A stretch of 64,000 nucleotides of DNA from a phage. The translations under genes and the position numbers were made by a program. The stretch lies in assembly GCA_011915565.1 (NCBI GenBank), contig GCA_011915565.1_3920.1. One strand, 5' to 3'. Each line of letters begins with the position of its first letter. Position 1 is the first letter of the stretch. The notes beneath the pieces were generated by a model. The model was not told where the DNA came from and ran no database searches. It was given only the letters and a program-made list of their open reading frames with translations. Shown here in pieces: positions 18,369 through 27,260 of the stretch.

Positions 18369-20735
18369 ATGCGCATGGTAAATGACCACGCAGAAGTGAT
18401 TAAGAGTTCAACTTCTTTAGAGACGTCTCAAGCACAGATTACAATGACACCTGAGATGTTCAGCCTTTTGAGTTCTGGTGTGTATACCTTTAAAGAAAGG
18501 GCAGTGATTCGTGAACTGTCATGTAACGCAGTAGATGCTCAGAAAGAAGCTGGAAAAGAGAACATTCCATTCCATGTGCATTTACCTACTCGTTTTGAGC
18601 CTTACTTCGAAGTTCGTGATTTTGGAACTGGATTGACTCATGATAAAGTTATGAGTTTGTACCTAAACTATGGAGCTTCTACGAAGAATGACTCTAATGA
18701 CTACATTGGTGCAATGGGTATCGGCTCAAAGTCACCATTTGCAATTGCTCAGTCATTCACAGTATCTAGCTATGTTGACGGTGTTGTTAATAAGTACTCT
18801 GTTTATCTTGAGAATGGTATCCCTCAAGTAACTAAGCTGACAACTAACCCAACAAAAGAACCTAATGGTTTAGCTGTACGTGTGGCAGTTGCTGACCACC
18901 GTATCTCAAAGTTCTTTGAAGAAGCTGGGAATGTGTACTCATACTTCACTGTAAAACCAGAAAGTAATATTGAGTACGACGATATATTAGCAGATATGAA
19001 CGTCATTGCCCGTGAAGAAGGTGTTTATGATGCCATGATTCATAAGCAAAGCTGGCGTTCTGGCGCTAACAGAACAGAGTTTAATGTGGTGATGGGTAAC
19101 ATTGCCTACCCTGTTAACATGGAAGCATTACTTGGAGATGATTTCTTCAAAGTATTGCCAGAATTTTTCCGTAGGAGCGTAGACCTTGTAAACATCTACA
19201 TGCCTATTGGTTCAGTTGCTATTGCAGCTTCTCGTGAAGCATTGCAGATGAATGACACGACAAAAAATGTTATCATTGAGGCTACTAAAAAGATAACTGA
19301 AGCCATTACAAAGGATGTTATCAAGAAAGTTAATAGCCAACCTACACTCATGGATGCTGCACAGGCTTATGCTGAGTTACGTTTGAACTCACGAGAGATG
19401 TTTAATGCTGTGTGTCCAAAGCTAGAATGGGGAGGCGTTAAGCTTGATTCTCTGGAAGAAGAATTACTAAACATTCGTCGTGGGATTATCTACGCAGAAG
19501 ACGGCTCAGTCATTTATGAACGTGACGGCAAAGGTAATATTAAGGTTGATAGGAACGGGAACAATATCCCTAAAGTAGACTATCTTTATGACCCAGTTGC
19601 TTATGTCAAGTTCAACTCTTTAGAGAGTAAGATTCGTGCAACAGCACTTTCCTACACTCAAGAGGCAAGCATGTTCAATATCTTTGGTGCAATGCGTAAA
19701 AGCCAAATTGAACAGTTTTTGTTCGTGATTAATGACCGTCGCAATAAAAACGGTACTGAGAAGACTGTAGGACGCAATCAAATTTTGCGTGGTGCATGTC
19801 GAGACTATGCCAGTGAATCAAATCTGTTTCACAGATACAATGGCATTGTGTTTGTATTCTCGACTGAAAAAGAGTTAGATGATTTAATCAATCTACACAA
19901 ACTTGATAAAAGCTTGTTAAAGATTGTGAAGATGTCTGATAAGGAACACCACTATCAGCGCAAAGAAGCTGTAAGGGGTGTTGTAAAACTATGGAAAGCT
20001 GTTCCAGCAGAATCTGTAGCTTCATACAAAGAGGTGTCAGAAGACTTAGACACAATTGAAGAACCTCAGCTTTACATTAAGGCAGTTGGTGACACAGTTG
20101 ATGGTAGATGTTTTTGCTCATCTCCAGAAGATGTAGCTAAGTCAGTTGCTAATGTTACAGGTAAGACAGTCTATGTTTTCCGAAAAGCAAATTGGAAAAA
20201 GATACCAGAAGACTGGATTGAAGTAGATGAGCAACTCTTGAACGATAGCTTAACTGATGTTCACTGGATTAACCATAACAGATATATGACACGTATCTAT
20301 ATGAATGGTGTCCTTGACCTTACAAGCAGTTGGATTATTGCCAGAAACTTTACGTTTAATAACAGGAAGATTTCTCGCGGGTATTGTTATTCAAGGGATA
20401 CTATTAAGACAATCTTCTTAGAAGGGAATGAAGATGCTGTTGAGGCAATGTTCGGTAAGATTCAGTATGTGGCTGCACCGTTTGCATACACTTACACTAT
20501 CAGTGTTCTTCAGGATTTGAAGACATGCCTTGATAATGACACAAAACTGTACAAAAAGATTAAGAAAGCAGGTGACCGCATGGTTATCAAGCTGACAAAC
20601 TATCTTTCAAAAAGAAAACAAGAAAACTTCTTGCTTTCACACTTAGATTGGAATAAAGTATCACCTATCGAAGTGAGTAAGTTTTTAGGCTTTGATGTGA
20701 AATGTGTTCCAGAAGGTACAACAATTTACGATTAA
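18369..20735 (+). CDS. rIIA: rIIA protein (GHKL-type ATPase fold)
   Basis: Blocks align by eye with T4 rIIA: VYTFKERAVIRELSCNAVDA, FEVRDFGTGL, DYIGAMGIGSKSPF, MPIGSVAIAASREALQ. Confidence 0.85.
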   Translation: MRMVNDHAEVIKSSTSLETSQAQITMTPEMFSLLSSGVYTFKERAVIRELSCNAVDAQKEAGKENIPFHVHLPTRFEPYFEVRDFGTGLTHDKVMSLYLNYGASTKNDSNDYIGAMGIGSKSPFAIAQSFTVSSYVDGVVNKYSVYLENGIPQVTKLTTNPTKEPNGLAVRVAVADHRISKFFEEAGNVYSYFTVKPESNIEYDDILADMNVIAREEGVYDAMIHKQSWRSGANRTEFNVVMGNIAYPVNMEALLGDDFFKVLPEFFRRSVDLVNIYMPIGSVAIAASREALQMNDTTKNVIIEATKKITEAITKDVIKKVNSQPTLMDAAQAYAELRLNSREMFNAVCPKLEWGGVKLDSLEEELLNIRRGIIYAEDGSVIYERDGKGNIKVDRNGNNIPKVDYLYDPVAYVKFNSLESKIRATALSYTQEASMFNIFGAMRKSQIEQFLFVINDRRNKNGTEKTVGRNQILRGACRDYASESNLFHRYNGIVFVFSTEKELDDLINLHKLDKSLLKIVKMSDKEHHYQRKEAVRGVVKLWKAVPAESVASYKEVSEDLDTIEEPQLYIKAVGDTVDGRCFCSSPEDVAKSVANVTGKTVYVFRKANWKKIPEDWIEVDEQLLNDSLTDVHWINHNRYMTRIYMNGVLDLTSSWIIARNFTFNNRKISRGYCYSRDTIKTIFLEGNEDAVEAMFGKIQYVAAPFAYTYTISVLQDLKTCLDNDTKLYKKIKKAGDRMVIKLTNYLSKRKQENFLLSHLDWNKVSPIEVSKFLGFDVKCVPEGTTIYD

Positions 20736-20740
20736 AGTGT

Positions 20741-20770
20741 TTGACAAGGGGCTTTGAAGCCCCTTAGAAT
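20741..20770 (+). promoter_or_regulatory. sigma70-like promoter with hairpin across the spacer (TTGACA-18-TAGAAT)
   Basis: Spacer contains the AGGGGCTT-TG-AAGCCCCT inverted repeat; 45 nt upstream of rIIB. Confidence 0.45.
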
Positions 20771-20814
20771 AGCCTCACAAATTGATTGATTAACTAACAA
20801 GAGAGAGTAATAAG

Positions 20815-21924
20815 ATGACTACTAAAACTAAAGCACAGATTGACGCAGAAATTTACAAACTGGTTAAAGAAGGTAAGCTGACCAAAACAGCTATTGCACA
20901 GAAATTTAACACTTCAACCCGTTCAGTTGGTCGTGCTGTAGAGCGTCATGAAGCAACCCTAAAAGGGAATAAAAAGGCAACTTCTACACCAGCTACGAAG
21001 ACTTTGAAACAAGTTGCTAAGACTTTTAAAAAGAAAGCTGGCAAACCAGTTGAAAAGGTCGTTAAAGAGACTGTACAGAAAGCTCCAGTAAATAAACTGC
21101 ACGAAGCTATGCAGAAAGATGACAAAATTGAGTACATGATTACTGGTGACTCTGTAATTATGACTTATGGTTCAGAATCTGAAATTGTTGAGTCTACTCA
21201 TCCAAACTATCAAGAGATTGTAGTTCATGTTGTGAAAGGTGAGTTCAAGAAAGCATTTGAACTGATGAACATCCGTAAGTCTATCGAAAACTTCACTCAG
21301 GGTGCTATTACAATCAAAGGTGACAAGCTATTCTACGGTGCTGTTGAGATGCGTTCTACTCTGGTTGACCGTATTCTCCACATGATGAAGACTGGTGATA
21401 AAGGTTTTGAACGACTTGTAATGTTCTTCGAAAAACTGATGGAAAACCCATCTAAAGATTCTGTAGAACAACTTTGGGGATTTGTATCTCACCTTGATGT
21501 TGAAATTGATGAAGAAGGCTACATCATTGGTTGGAAGAAAGTCTCTACTCGTGAAGGCAAGCTGGTTGACTCTCACACCTACAAAGTGCCTAATGATTTG
21601 GGTAACATTGTAGAAATGCCACGTTGGATGGTTGATAATAACCGTAACGTAACTTGCTCTCAAGGTCTTCATGTTGGTGCTTGGGATTATGTTCGTTGCT
21701 TCTCAGGTGATACAATCCTGAAGGTTCGCGTACATCCACGAGATGTTGTATCTGTTCCAACTGATTACAACGATATGAAGATGCGTTCCTCTCGTTATGA
21801 AGTTGCAGCAATCGTTGATAATCAACGTAAAGTGCTGGAAGCATGGGACGGTAAGACTGAAGCTTTGCATGTCATCGTTGGCACTGCTGGTGAACTCATC
21901 TCTCAACGTAAACGTGAAATCTAA
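20815..21924 (+). CDS. rIIB: rIIB protein
   Basis: C-terminal half aligns by eye with T4 rIIB (FEKLMENPSKDSVEQLW, CSQGLHVG, VRVHPRDVVSVPTDYNDMKMRSSRYEV). Confidence 0.85.
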   Translation: MTTKTKAQIDAEIYKLVKEGKLTKTAIAQKFNTSTRSVGRAVERHEATLKGNKKATSTPATKTLKQVAKTFKKKAGKPVEKVVKETVQKAPVNKLHEAMQKDDKIEYMITGDSVIMTYGSESEIVESTHPNYQEIVVHVVKGEFKKAFELMNIRKSIENFTQGAITIKGDKLFYGAVEMRSTLVDRILHMMKTGDKGFERLVMFFEKLMENPSKDSVEQLWGFVSHLDVEIDEEGYIIGWKKVSTREGKLVDSHTYKVPNDLGNIVEMPRWMVDNNRNVTCSQGLHVGAWDYVRCFSGDTILKVRVHPRDVVSVPTDYNDMKMRSSRYEVAAIVDNQRKVLEAWDGKTEALHVIVGTAGELISQRKREI

Positions 21925-21941
21925 TAAGTAATTTCTTAAAA

Positions 21942-21964
21942 GGCTGCTTCGGCGGCCTTTTTTA
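21942..21964 (+). terminator. intrinsic terminator
   Basis: GGCTGC-TTCG-GCGGCC hairpin plus T6. Confidence 0.7.
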
Positions 21965-21993
21965 TTTGTATTTTGTGCAGAGTGCTGTATAAT
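21965..21993 (+). promoter_or_regulatory. candidate promoter (TTTGTA-17-TATAAT)
   Basis: Consensus -10 TATAAT with weak -35, upstream of the 22025 ORF. Confidence 0.35.
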
Positions 21994-22024
21994 TGTTGTC
22001 ACGATAAACTAAACAGGAGAACCA

Positions 22025-22573
22025 ATGAAGAAATTGATTCTAGGTTTGTGCTTAATGTTTACAGCACACTTATCTTATGCAGTTGACTGCCCAGAGCTAT
22101 CAATTAGCCAAAAAGTGAACATGTTAAAAGCTTACCAGTATGGTGAGAATAACATGGGTAAAGGTTGGGGTATCACTCTAGCAGCTATAGCCTTACAAGA
22201 GTCAGAGTTAGGTCTGAAGGTAGAAAATAAAAAGACCCATGACTATGGTATCTTCCAGAATCACTTGAAGACTGTTGTAAAGCGTAACAAAATTAGTCCT
22301 AATGTTGCTAAAAAGAAACTCTTAAAAGATTTTGACTATGCTGCGAAGGAAACGCACAAAGAACTTGAGTTTTGGACAAAGGTGCATGGTCAGCCAAAGT
22401 CAAAGAAGACTTTACAAAAAGTTTTAGCATCATATAATGCTGGGTATTCGTACAGAATCCCTAAAGCTAAGAAGTATTCTCAAGATGTCTATAACAACAT
22501 GAAAGTTATTGCTCAATGTGAATTTGCAACAAACATTTCTAAGGTAAACCATGAAAAAATTAAAAAAGTCTGA
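22025..22573 (+). CDS. secreted protein with signal peptide (possible lytic-transglycosylase-like)
   Basis: MKKLILGLCLMFTAHLSYA signal peptide; ALQESELG...GIFQ loosely SLT-like; AGGAGA RBS. Confidence 0.55.
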   Translation: MKKLILGLCLMFTAHLSYAVDCPELSISQKVNMLKAYQYGENNMGKGWGITLAAIALQESELGLKVENKKTHDYGIFQNHLKTVVKRNKISPNVAKKKLLKDFDYAAKETHKELEFWTKVHGQPKSKKTLQKVLASYNAGYSYRIPKAKKYSQDVYNNMKVIAQCEFATNISKVNHEKIKKV

Positions 22574-23246
22574 TGAAGTCCTGTGCCACGCTTATGACTT
22601 ACATCCTCATGAGTTAGGTCTTGATTCCTGTGTATGGACTCCAGAACAGTGCAGAGATTTTGAAGACACTGCAAGAGAGGTTGTATGTTCACTTGAAGAG
22701 TTCCACACATCAGAACCCATTGTGAACGTTGTGGACAAAGAGACTGGACAAACTATAGGTGTAAGGCGTGATAGTTTAGTGATAGTCAATAAAGACCTTG
22801 TAGAAAAAGGTAACCTCATCTTAGCAGATATTGATGGTGTTCTTACAAATTTTAATCACGAAGATTGCTCAACGGAATTGACTGATGGGTCATTCTCACA
22901 GTACACTAATCTTCTTGATTCTGTAAGAGCAAAACCAACATATGTTTTCAACATTATTGATGCAATTGCAAATCATGCAGCAGTTGGACTCTTGACAGCA
23001 AGAGGTGAATCTCAGAGAATACCTACTGAGATGTTTTTAAGGCACAATATAGAGCATGATTACTTGCTTTTTATGCGTGGTTTTGGAACTAACTCTATAA
23101 GTGCAGAAAGTTTGAAAGTGAGGATGATTCAGTCTTGCATTCTTCCTTACTTTAATATAGTATGCTTTATAGAAGATACAGAGAAGAATGTTCAGAAGGT
23201 AAACAGAATCCTTCCACACATTAAAACCATGTTAGTTAAACATTGA
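22551..23246 (+). CDS. HAD-superfamily hydrolase-like protein
   Basis: LILADIDGVLT matches HAD motif I (DxDG); tentative. Confidence 0.5.
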   Translation: MKKLKKSDEVLCHAYDLHPHELGLDSCVWTPEQCRDFEDTAREVVCSLEEFHTSEPIVNVVDKETGQTIGVRRDSLVIVNKDLVEKGNLILADIDGVLTNFNHEDCSTELTDGSFSQYTNLLDSVRAKPTYVFNIIDAIANHAAVGLLTARGESQRIPTEMFLRHNIEHDYLLFMRGFGTNSISAESLKVRMIQSCILPYFNIVCFIEDTEKNVQKVNRILPHIKTMLVKH

Positions 23247-23257
23247 GAGAAGAACTT

Positions 23258-23722
23258 ATGAACAATATCATTACGGTAGCACTGGACGATACGGCAAACA
23301 AATCTGAAGTAGTTCGTAAAATGATTCAAGGTAACTTTGAAGGTAAAATTTTCCGTGCTGTTAATGTAAAAGCTGATGGCAGCATTCGTGAATATCGTGC
23401 ATTGTTGAACGTTAAGAAGCACGTAAAAGGTGTTGGTTCAACGACTGCACACAAAGAAAACCTGATGACTATCTATGATATGGGTAAGGCTTCAGAGTTA
23501 GGTGCTGAAGGTATCGTTAAAGAAGGTGCTCCGTATCGCTCTTTCAATCTGGAAACTACCCTTATGCTTTCCTTTACAAGTGGTTCCAAAACAATCACTT
23601 ATCTCTTTACTGATGCTGCAACGGTATCTGCTATTAAGGATAGCACTGTCAAAGCTGGCGTAGTTGCTGCTGCAAAAGCTTCTTCGATGGCTGCAAATAT
23701 CCTTGCTAAAGTCCTCGGTTAA
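23258..23722 (+). CDS. hypothetical protein
   Basis: Track start 23243 is TTG; ATG at 23258 chosen; followed by terminator. Confidence 0.5.
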   Translation: MNNIITVALDDTANKSEVVRKMIQGNFEGKIFRAVNVKADGSIREYRALLNVKKHVKGVGSTTAHKENLMTIYDMGKASELGAEGIVKEGAPYRSFNLETTLMLSFTSGSKTITYLFTDAATVSAIKDSTVKAGVVAAAKASSMAANILAKVLG

Positions 23723-23733
23723 GGTTAAGATAC

Positions 23734-23756
23734 AGGCTCCTTCGGGAGCCTTTTTC
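23734..23756 (+). terminator. intrinsic terminator
   Basis: GGCTCC-TTCG-GGAGCC plus TTTTT. Confidence 0.75.
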
Positions 23757-23774
23757 ATTTCAGGAGATTGTTAA

Positions 23775-24122
23775 ATGACATTTAAAGAGTTCTGTCAAGC
23801 TACTTTCATAGTTGTTTTCTTAGTTGGGGCAGGTGTCTGGGGAGGATACTCTTACAGAGACTACCAAGTTGCTGAAACTGAGCTAAACAATGAGAAGCTG
23901 ATAAGTGTTGCTAAAGATGCTTATCAGGAAGGATTAGCTACACTGAGCACCAATTACAAAAATGATTTGAAAGATGTGCTTGCTAAGAATAAGCACACAA
24001 AAGAGGTACTAACGTATGAAAAAACTAAGCCAGAGTTTTATAATGTTTGTGTTACTGATAATTATGTCAGGGTGTTCAACGAACAAAGTGAACAGTACAT
24101 TCAAAAACTCCCAAGTAAGTGA
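23775..24122 (+). CDS. membrane protein with N-terminal TM helix (candidate i-spanin-like)
   Basis: 115 aa; FIVVFLVGAGVWGGYSY helix then polar domain; AGGAGA RBS; 3' end overlaps a lipoprotein ORF. Confidence 0.5.
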   Translation: MTFKEFCQATFIVVFLVGAGVWGGYSYRDYQVAETELNNEKLISVAKDAYQEGLATLSTNYKNDLKDVLAKNKHTKEVLTYEKTKPEFYNVCVTDNYVRVFNEQSEQYIQKLPSK

Positions 24123-24285
24123 GGGTGACAAGTACACTCAAGAAGAATCACGGTATATCATCAAAGGTAACACAGGCAGTGATGTAGCAGCAGCACTTGA
24201 GTTCTACCGTGACGGCTTTTACCAGTGTACAATTAAAGCTAATAACCTTATTGACATGATTTTATTAGGAAATAAACAGCAATGA
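24016..24285 (+). CDS. lipoprotein (candidate o-spanin-like)
   Basis: 89 aa; signal peptide with lipobox-like IMSGC; starts inside the 3' end of the preceding TM-protein gene in another frame. Confidence 0.4.
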   Translation: MKKLSQSFIMFVLLIIMSGCSTNKVNSTFKNSQVSEGDKYTQEESRYIIKGNTGSDVAAALEFYRDGFYQCTIKANNLIDMILLGNKQQ

Positions 24286-24551
24286 CAGAGAATGAAGATA
24301 CTTTTTACGTAGAAGGGTACTTACTGTTACCGCGACCAAAAGAAACTTATATGCGAATTGACTTCATACCAACCATTATGGATAATGTGATGTGTCATAT
24401 CTTTATGCAGGGTGTCACAGCACAGCTTAAGTATGTTGGTAAAGAGTGCAAAATAAAGGTTGACACTCATCCAGAAATCAAAGAGAATCACTACACATGG
24501 TTCTTACCAGACTCTAAAGAAATCTTAGCAGTTCTTAAAACGAGGAAATGA
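24282..24551 (+). CDS. hypothetical protein
   Basis: 89 aa ORF. Confidence 0.45.
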   Translation: MTENEDTFYVEGYLLLPRPKETYMRIDFIPTIMDNVMCHIFMQGVTAQLKYVGKECKIKVDTHPEIKENHYTWFLPDSKEILAVLKTRK

Positions 24552-24862
24552 TTATGCAATTCCAGCCAACAAATCGTGGATTTTCTTATGCAGAATTTAA
24601 AGATGCTAAAGGGGAAATTTGTACTTTACAAGAAAGTTCATCATACGAACCATGTATCTGGTTAGGTGCTAAAGAGGTCTCTGTTCAGTACCTAGATAAT
24701 GGCTGGAAAACACTTGACATCCCAGCATTAGTTGGTAAAGATTTTGTAGGTAATCAAAGAATGAAGCTCAATCAAGAACAGGTAAAAGAGTTGTTGCCGT
24801 ACCTCCAATACTTTGCTGAAAATGGTGAATTGCCAACAGAGGAACTTACAAATGCAGATTAA
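24548..24862 (+). CDS. hypothetical protein
   Basis: 104 aa; second ATG at 24554 has better RBS spacing. Confidence 0.45.
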   Translation: MIMQFQPTNRGFSYAEFKDAKGEICTLQESSSYEPCIWLGAKEVSVQYLDNGWKTLDIPALVGKDFVGNQRMKLNQEQVKELLPYLQYFAENGELPTEELTNAD

Positions 24863-25178
24863 TGGAAGAGACTTTGTAGCCGTTTACTACGAGAAAGACA
24901 AAGAAGTTGGCGTAGCACAAGTATCTTATGGCAATGGTAAGTGGCTATATGGAACAATCGCAGTAGTAGGAACAAGAAGTGATACAAAAACTTTTAAAGA
25001 TTGTGTTGACCTTCTTGAAGAATCCATTCAGAATCACTGGTGTCTGATATGGATGACTGACAACGAAGTGATAGAACGCTTCAAAAAGATTGGTATCAAC
25101 ATCGACAGTATTGAGCATGTTGATTTATATGAGCTAACTGAGAAGGTAAACTATGAAAGTAATACTAGCCAGAGATAA
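24852..25178 (+). CDS. hypothetical protein
   Basis: Listed from 24813; in-frame ATG at 24852 with GAGGAA RBS. Confidence 0.45.
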   Translation: MQINGRDFVAVYYEKDKEVGVAQVSYGNGKWLYGTIAVVGTRSDTKTFKDCVDLLEESIQNHWCLIWMTDNEVIERFKKIGINIDSIEHVDLYELTEKVNYESNTSQR

Positions 25179-25380
25179 AAAGACACGGAAACTCATCCGG
25201 TCAGCGGTGTTCATTGGACGAAATGAGGTCATCCCATTTACAGCAAATGATGTGATAACTTACCGGAAGAACTTAGTATTTACTGACTGTTTACGTGGCT
25301 TCATCTCCCAACCGTTGGAAGACTTTAAAAGCCGTTGTGGTAAAGGTATCATCATTCAAGAGGCAATTATCAATGGCTGA
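25153..25380 (+). CDS. hypothetical small protein
   Basis: 75 aa; overlaps neighbours. Confidence 0.3.
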   Translation: MKVILARDKKTRKLIRSAVFIGRNEVIPFTANDVITYRKNLVFTDCLRGFISQPLEDFKSRCGKGIIIQEAIING

Positions 25381-25573
25381 CTTCTGCAAAGACTGTTCTA
25401 TCGAAATGTTCGGACGTGATACAGGTGACTTAAAAGGTCTTATCACTGAAGATGACTTTAAAGCTGGTTATGCAATGCCAGTAATCTGTGAAGGCTGTGG
25501 GTGTATCTGGGTAGACCACGAAGGACAACGTGTAAAACCTTCAGAAGACAAAGAATCTTGGGAGAGATGTTAA
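25373..25573 (+). CDS. hypothetical Cys-rich small protein
   Basis: Internal ATG of ORF 25295..25573 with AGAGG RBS; CKDC...CEGCGC motifs. Confidence 0.4.
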   Translation: MADFCKDCSIEMFGRDTGDLKGLITEDDFKAGYAMPVICEGCGCIWVDHEGQRVKPSEDKESWERC

Positions 25574-26359
25574 ATGGGTATTGTAAAAATAATTAATGGT
25601 GATATCTTTGCCGCATTTGATAAAGGTAAGTTTGACATCATCGGTCACGGTTGCAACTGTATGAACTTAATGGGTGCAGGTATCGCTGACAAGATTTCTA
25701 AACTTTACCCAAAAGCGTATGAGACCGATACAGAAGTTTATCTGTATGCAGGTGGTATAGGTCACAAACCCTGTGAAAATTTACTAGGTAATTTCTCTGT
25801 AGCACGTTTAAAACAAGGTCGTATAGCTAATCTTTACACTCAGCTTAAGACTGGTAAAGATGCCCGATACAGTGCTTTAGAGTCATCTTTGAAACAGCTT
25901 AACAGATACTGTGAAGTTAATCAGTTGAAGAAAGTTGGGTTACCTATGATTGGTGCAGGTATCGGTGGACTTGACCCTCAAGCCGTTACCGTTATCATTA
26001 ATCAGGTGATGAAGAGTGTAGATGTGTATCTGTATGTCTACGAAGGAGAGATGTACCACAAGTTACGCTCAGGTTGGAATAACTACTGCGAACCAGAATA
26101 CTTTGCAGGTGTAGTAACGTTCACAGACAATGCAGTTACCCTCTTCAGACGAAGAAAAGGTAAGATACATCAAAGTAACCCTCCGGTTGAAAAGATGTCT
26201 CTAAGTAACGCTCTAGTTACCCACCTGTCGAAGAGCAATCACAGAATTGCAGTAACATTTGGCAGTGATGCAGACACATATATCTATGCAAGGACTGATG
26301 AAGATATCGAGGAGATTTTCTCATCACAAGAAGTTACCTTCTTAGACGCAAAGAACTAA
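25574..26359 (+). CDS. hypothetical protein, tentatively macro-domain-like (ADP-ribose binding/processing)
   Basis: 261 aa; N-terminal FDIIGHGCNCMNLMGAGIADKI loosely resembles the macro-domain Gly-rich loop region; low certainty. Confidence 0.55.
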   Translation: MGIVKIINGDIFAAFDKGKFDIIGHGCNCMNLMGAGIADKISKLYPKAYETDTEVYLYAGGIGHKPCENLLGNFSVARLKQGRIANLYTQLKTGKDARYSALESSLKQLNRYCEVNQLKKVGLPMIGAGIGGLDPQAVTVIINQVMKSVDVYLYVYEGEMYHKLRSGWNNYCEPEYFAGVVTFTDNAVTLFRRRKGKIHQSNPPVEKMSLSNALVTHLSKSNHRIAVTFGSDADTYIYARTDEDIEEIFSSQEVTFLDAKN

Positions 26360-26390
26360 TAAACTCTGTAGAATATTCACAATAGATTAA

Positions 26391-26434
26391 GCCTTCCTTA
26401 TCTGGTAAATTTTTCAGGTAAGGAAGGCTTTTTT
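26391..26434 (+). terminator. intrinsic terminator
   Basis: 10-bp stem GCCTTCCTTA/TAAGGAAGGC followed by TTTTTT. Confidence 0.8.
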
Positions 26435-26627
26435 ATTTCAAGATTGTGCAGGTAGAGTTCTGTAGAGAAATCTGTAGAGAAAATTTTGAACTCCAAAGAG
26501 AAAATTCATTTTCAAACTGTGCAGGTAATCTCCAAAGAGCTTTTTCATTTTCAAAACGTGCAGACCCCGCTCAGGTCGGGCAAGAAAAATCATTTTAGAA
26601 TTGTGCAGGTAGGTGGATGCAGGTGGG
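26435..26627 (+). repeat. four direct repeats, consensus CATTTTCAAAnTGTGCAGGTA
   Basis: Copies near 26435, 26505, 26544, 26590; two also share CTCCAAAGAG upstream; lies between a terminator and the first early promoter. Confidence 0.6.
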
Positions 26628-26787
26628 GATGTCGCCATTTCTCACAAGGCTAACACATCTGGAAATAAAAGTCAACAGAAAAATTTGTAGCGGATTGAAA
26701 AATAATTCTTGATTGTAGTTCTGTTTTGTGGTAGTCGCGTGCGCCCGTTTCATTACAATTTTTGCAAAAATATTTTTAAAATTCCTA

Positions 26788-26816
26788 TTGACTCTTTGAG
26801 TATGGTTATCTAATAT
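26788..26816 (+). promoter_or_regulatory. sigma70-like promoter (TTGACT-17-TAATAT)
   Basis: Directly upstream of the first class-A hairpin leader. Confidence 0.55.
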
Positions 26817-26820
26817 TTGC

Positions 26821-26879
26821 ATCAACGGGGAGGGAATGACCTTCCCCACTAAGTAAAGTCCTAAACTGGAGATTCTAAA
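26821..26879 (+). promoter_or_regulatory. class-A leader element, copy 1
   Basis: ATCAACGGGGAGGGAATGACCTTCCCCACTAAgTAAAGTCCTAAACTGGAGATTCtAAA then ATG; GGGGAGG/CCTTCCCC hairpin plus RBS. Confidence 0.6.
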
Positions 26880-27260
26880 ATGGCATACCGTGCACCTAAA
26901 TTCATCAACAAAGACAACTTCCGCAACGCACTGGAGAAGTCACTTGATGAAAAATTTAACGGCAAATTGATTGTTGTTCACGCATTCAATTTTAAGTATG
27001 ATATTAACGGGAATAAAATCAACCATTACACGGCAACCATGTTAGATGGTACGCTATCAAGTGAAAAAGCCGTACTGAATGCACTTGCAGGACGTGGTAA
27101 AAACCTGATAAGCTGCAATAAGAGACGTTATCAAGGTGGCGCATATGGTTATGATGATGCTGTTTACCATCTTGAAAATATGGGCTATTCAGTGGAGAAA
27201 GCTGGAGCGTCTCAAATAATTGGTAGTGATGGTTATGTGACAATCTTCAAAATTAAATAA
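26880..27260 (+). CDS. early-array small protein 1
   Basis: 126 aa ORF after class-A leader. Confidence 0.6.
   Translation: MAYRAPKFINKDNFRNALEKSLDEKFNGKLIVVHAFNFKYDINGNKINHYTATMLDGTLSSEKAVLNALAGRGKNLISCNKRRYQGGAYGYDDAVYHLENMGYSVEKAGASQIIGSDGYVTIFKIK

Noticed and set aside
26435-26627. Possible CRISPR array suggested by direct repeats
   Set aside because: Repeats are about 20 bp at irregular 40-70 bp spacing with conserved flanks, not uniform repeat-spacer units; no cas genes or leader.
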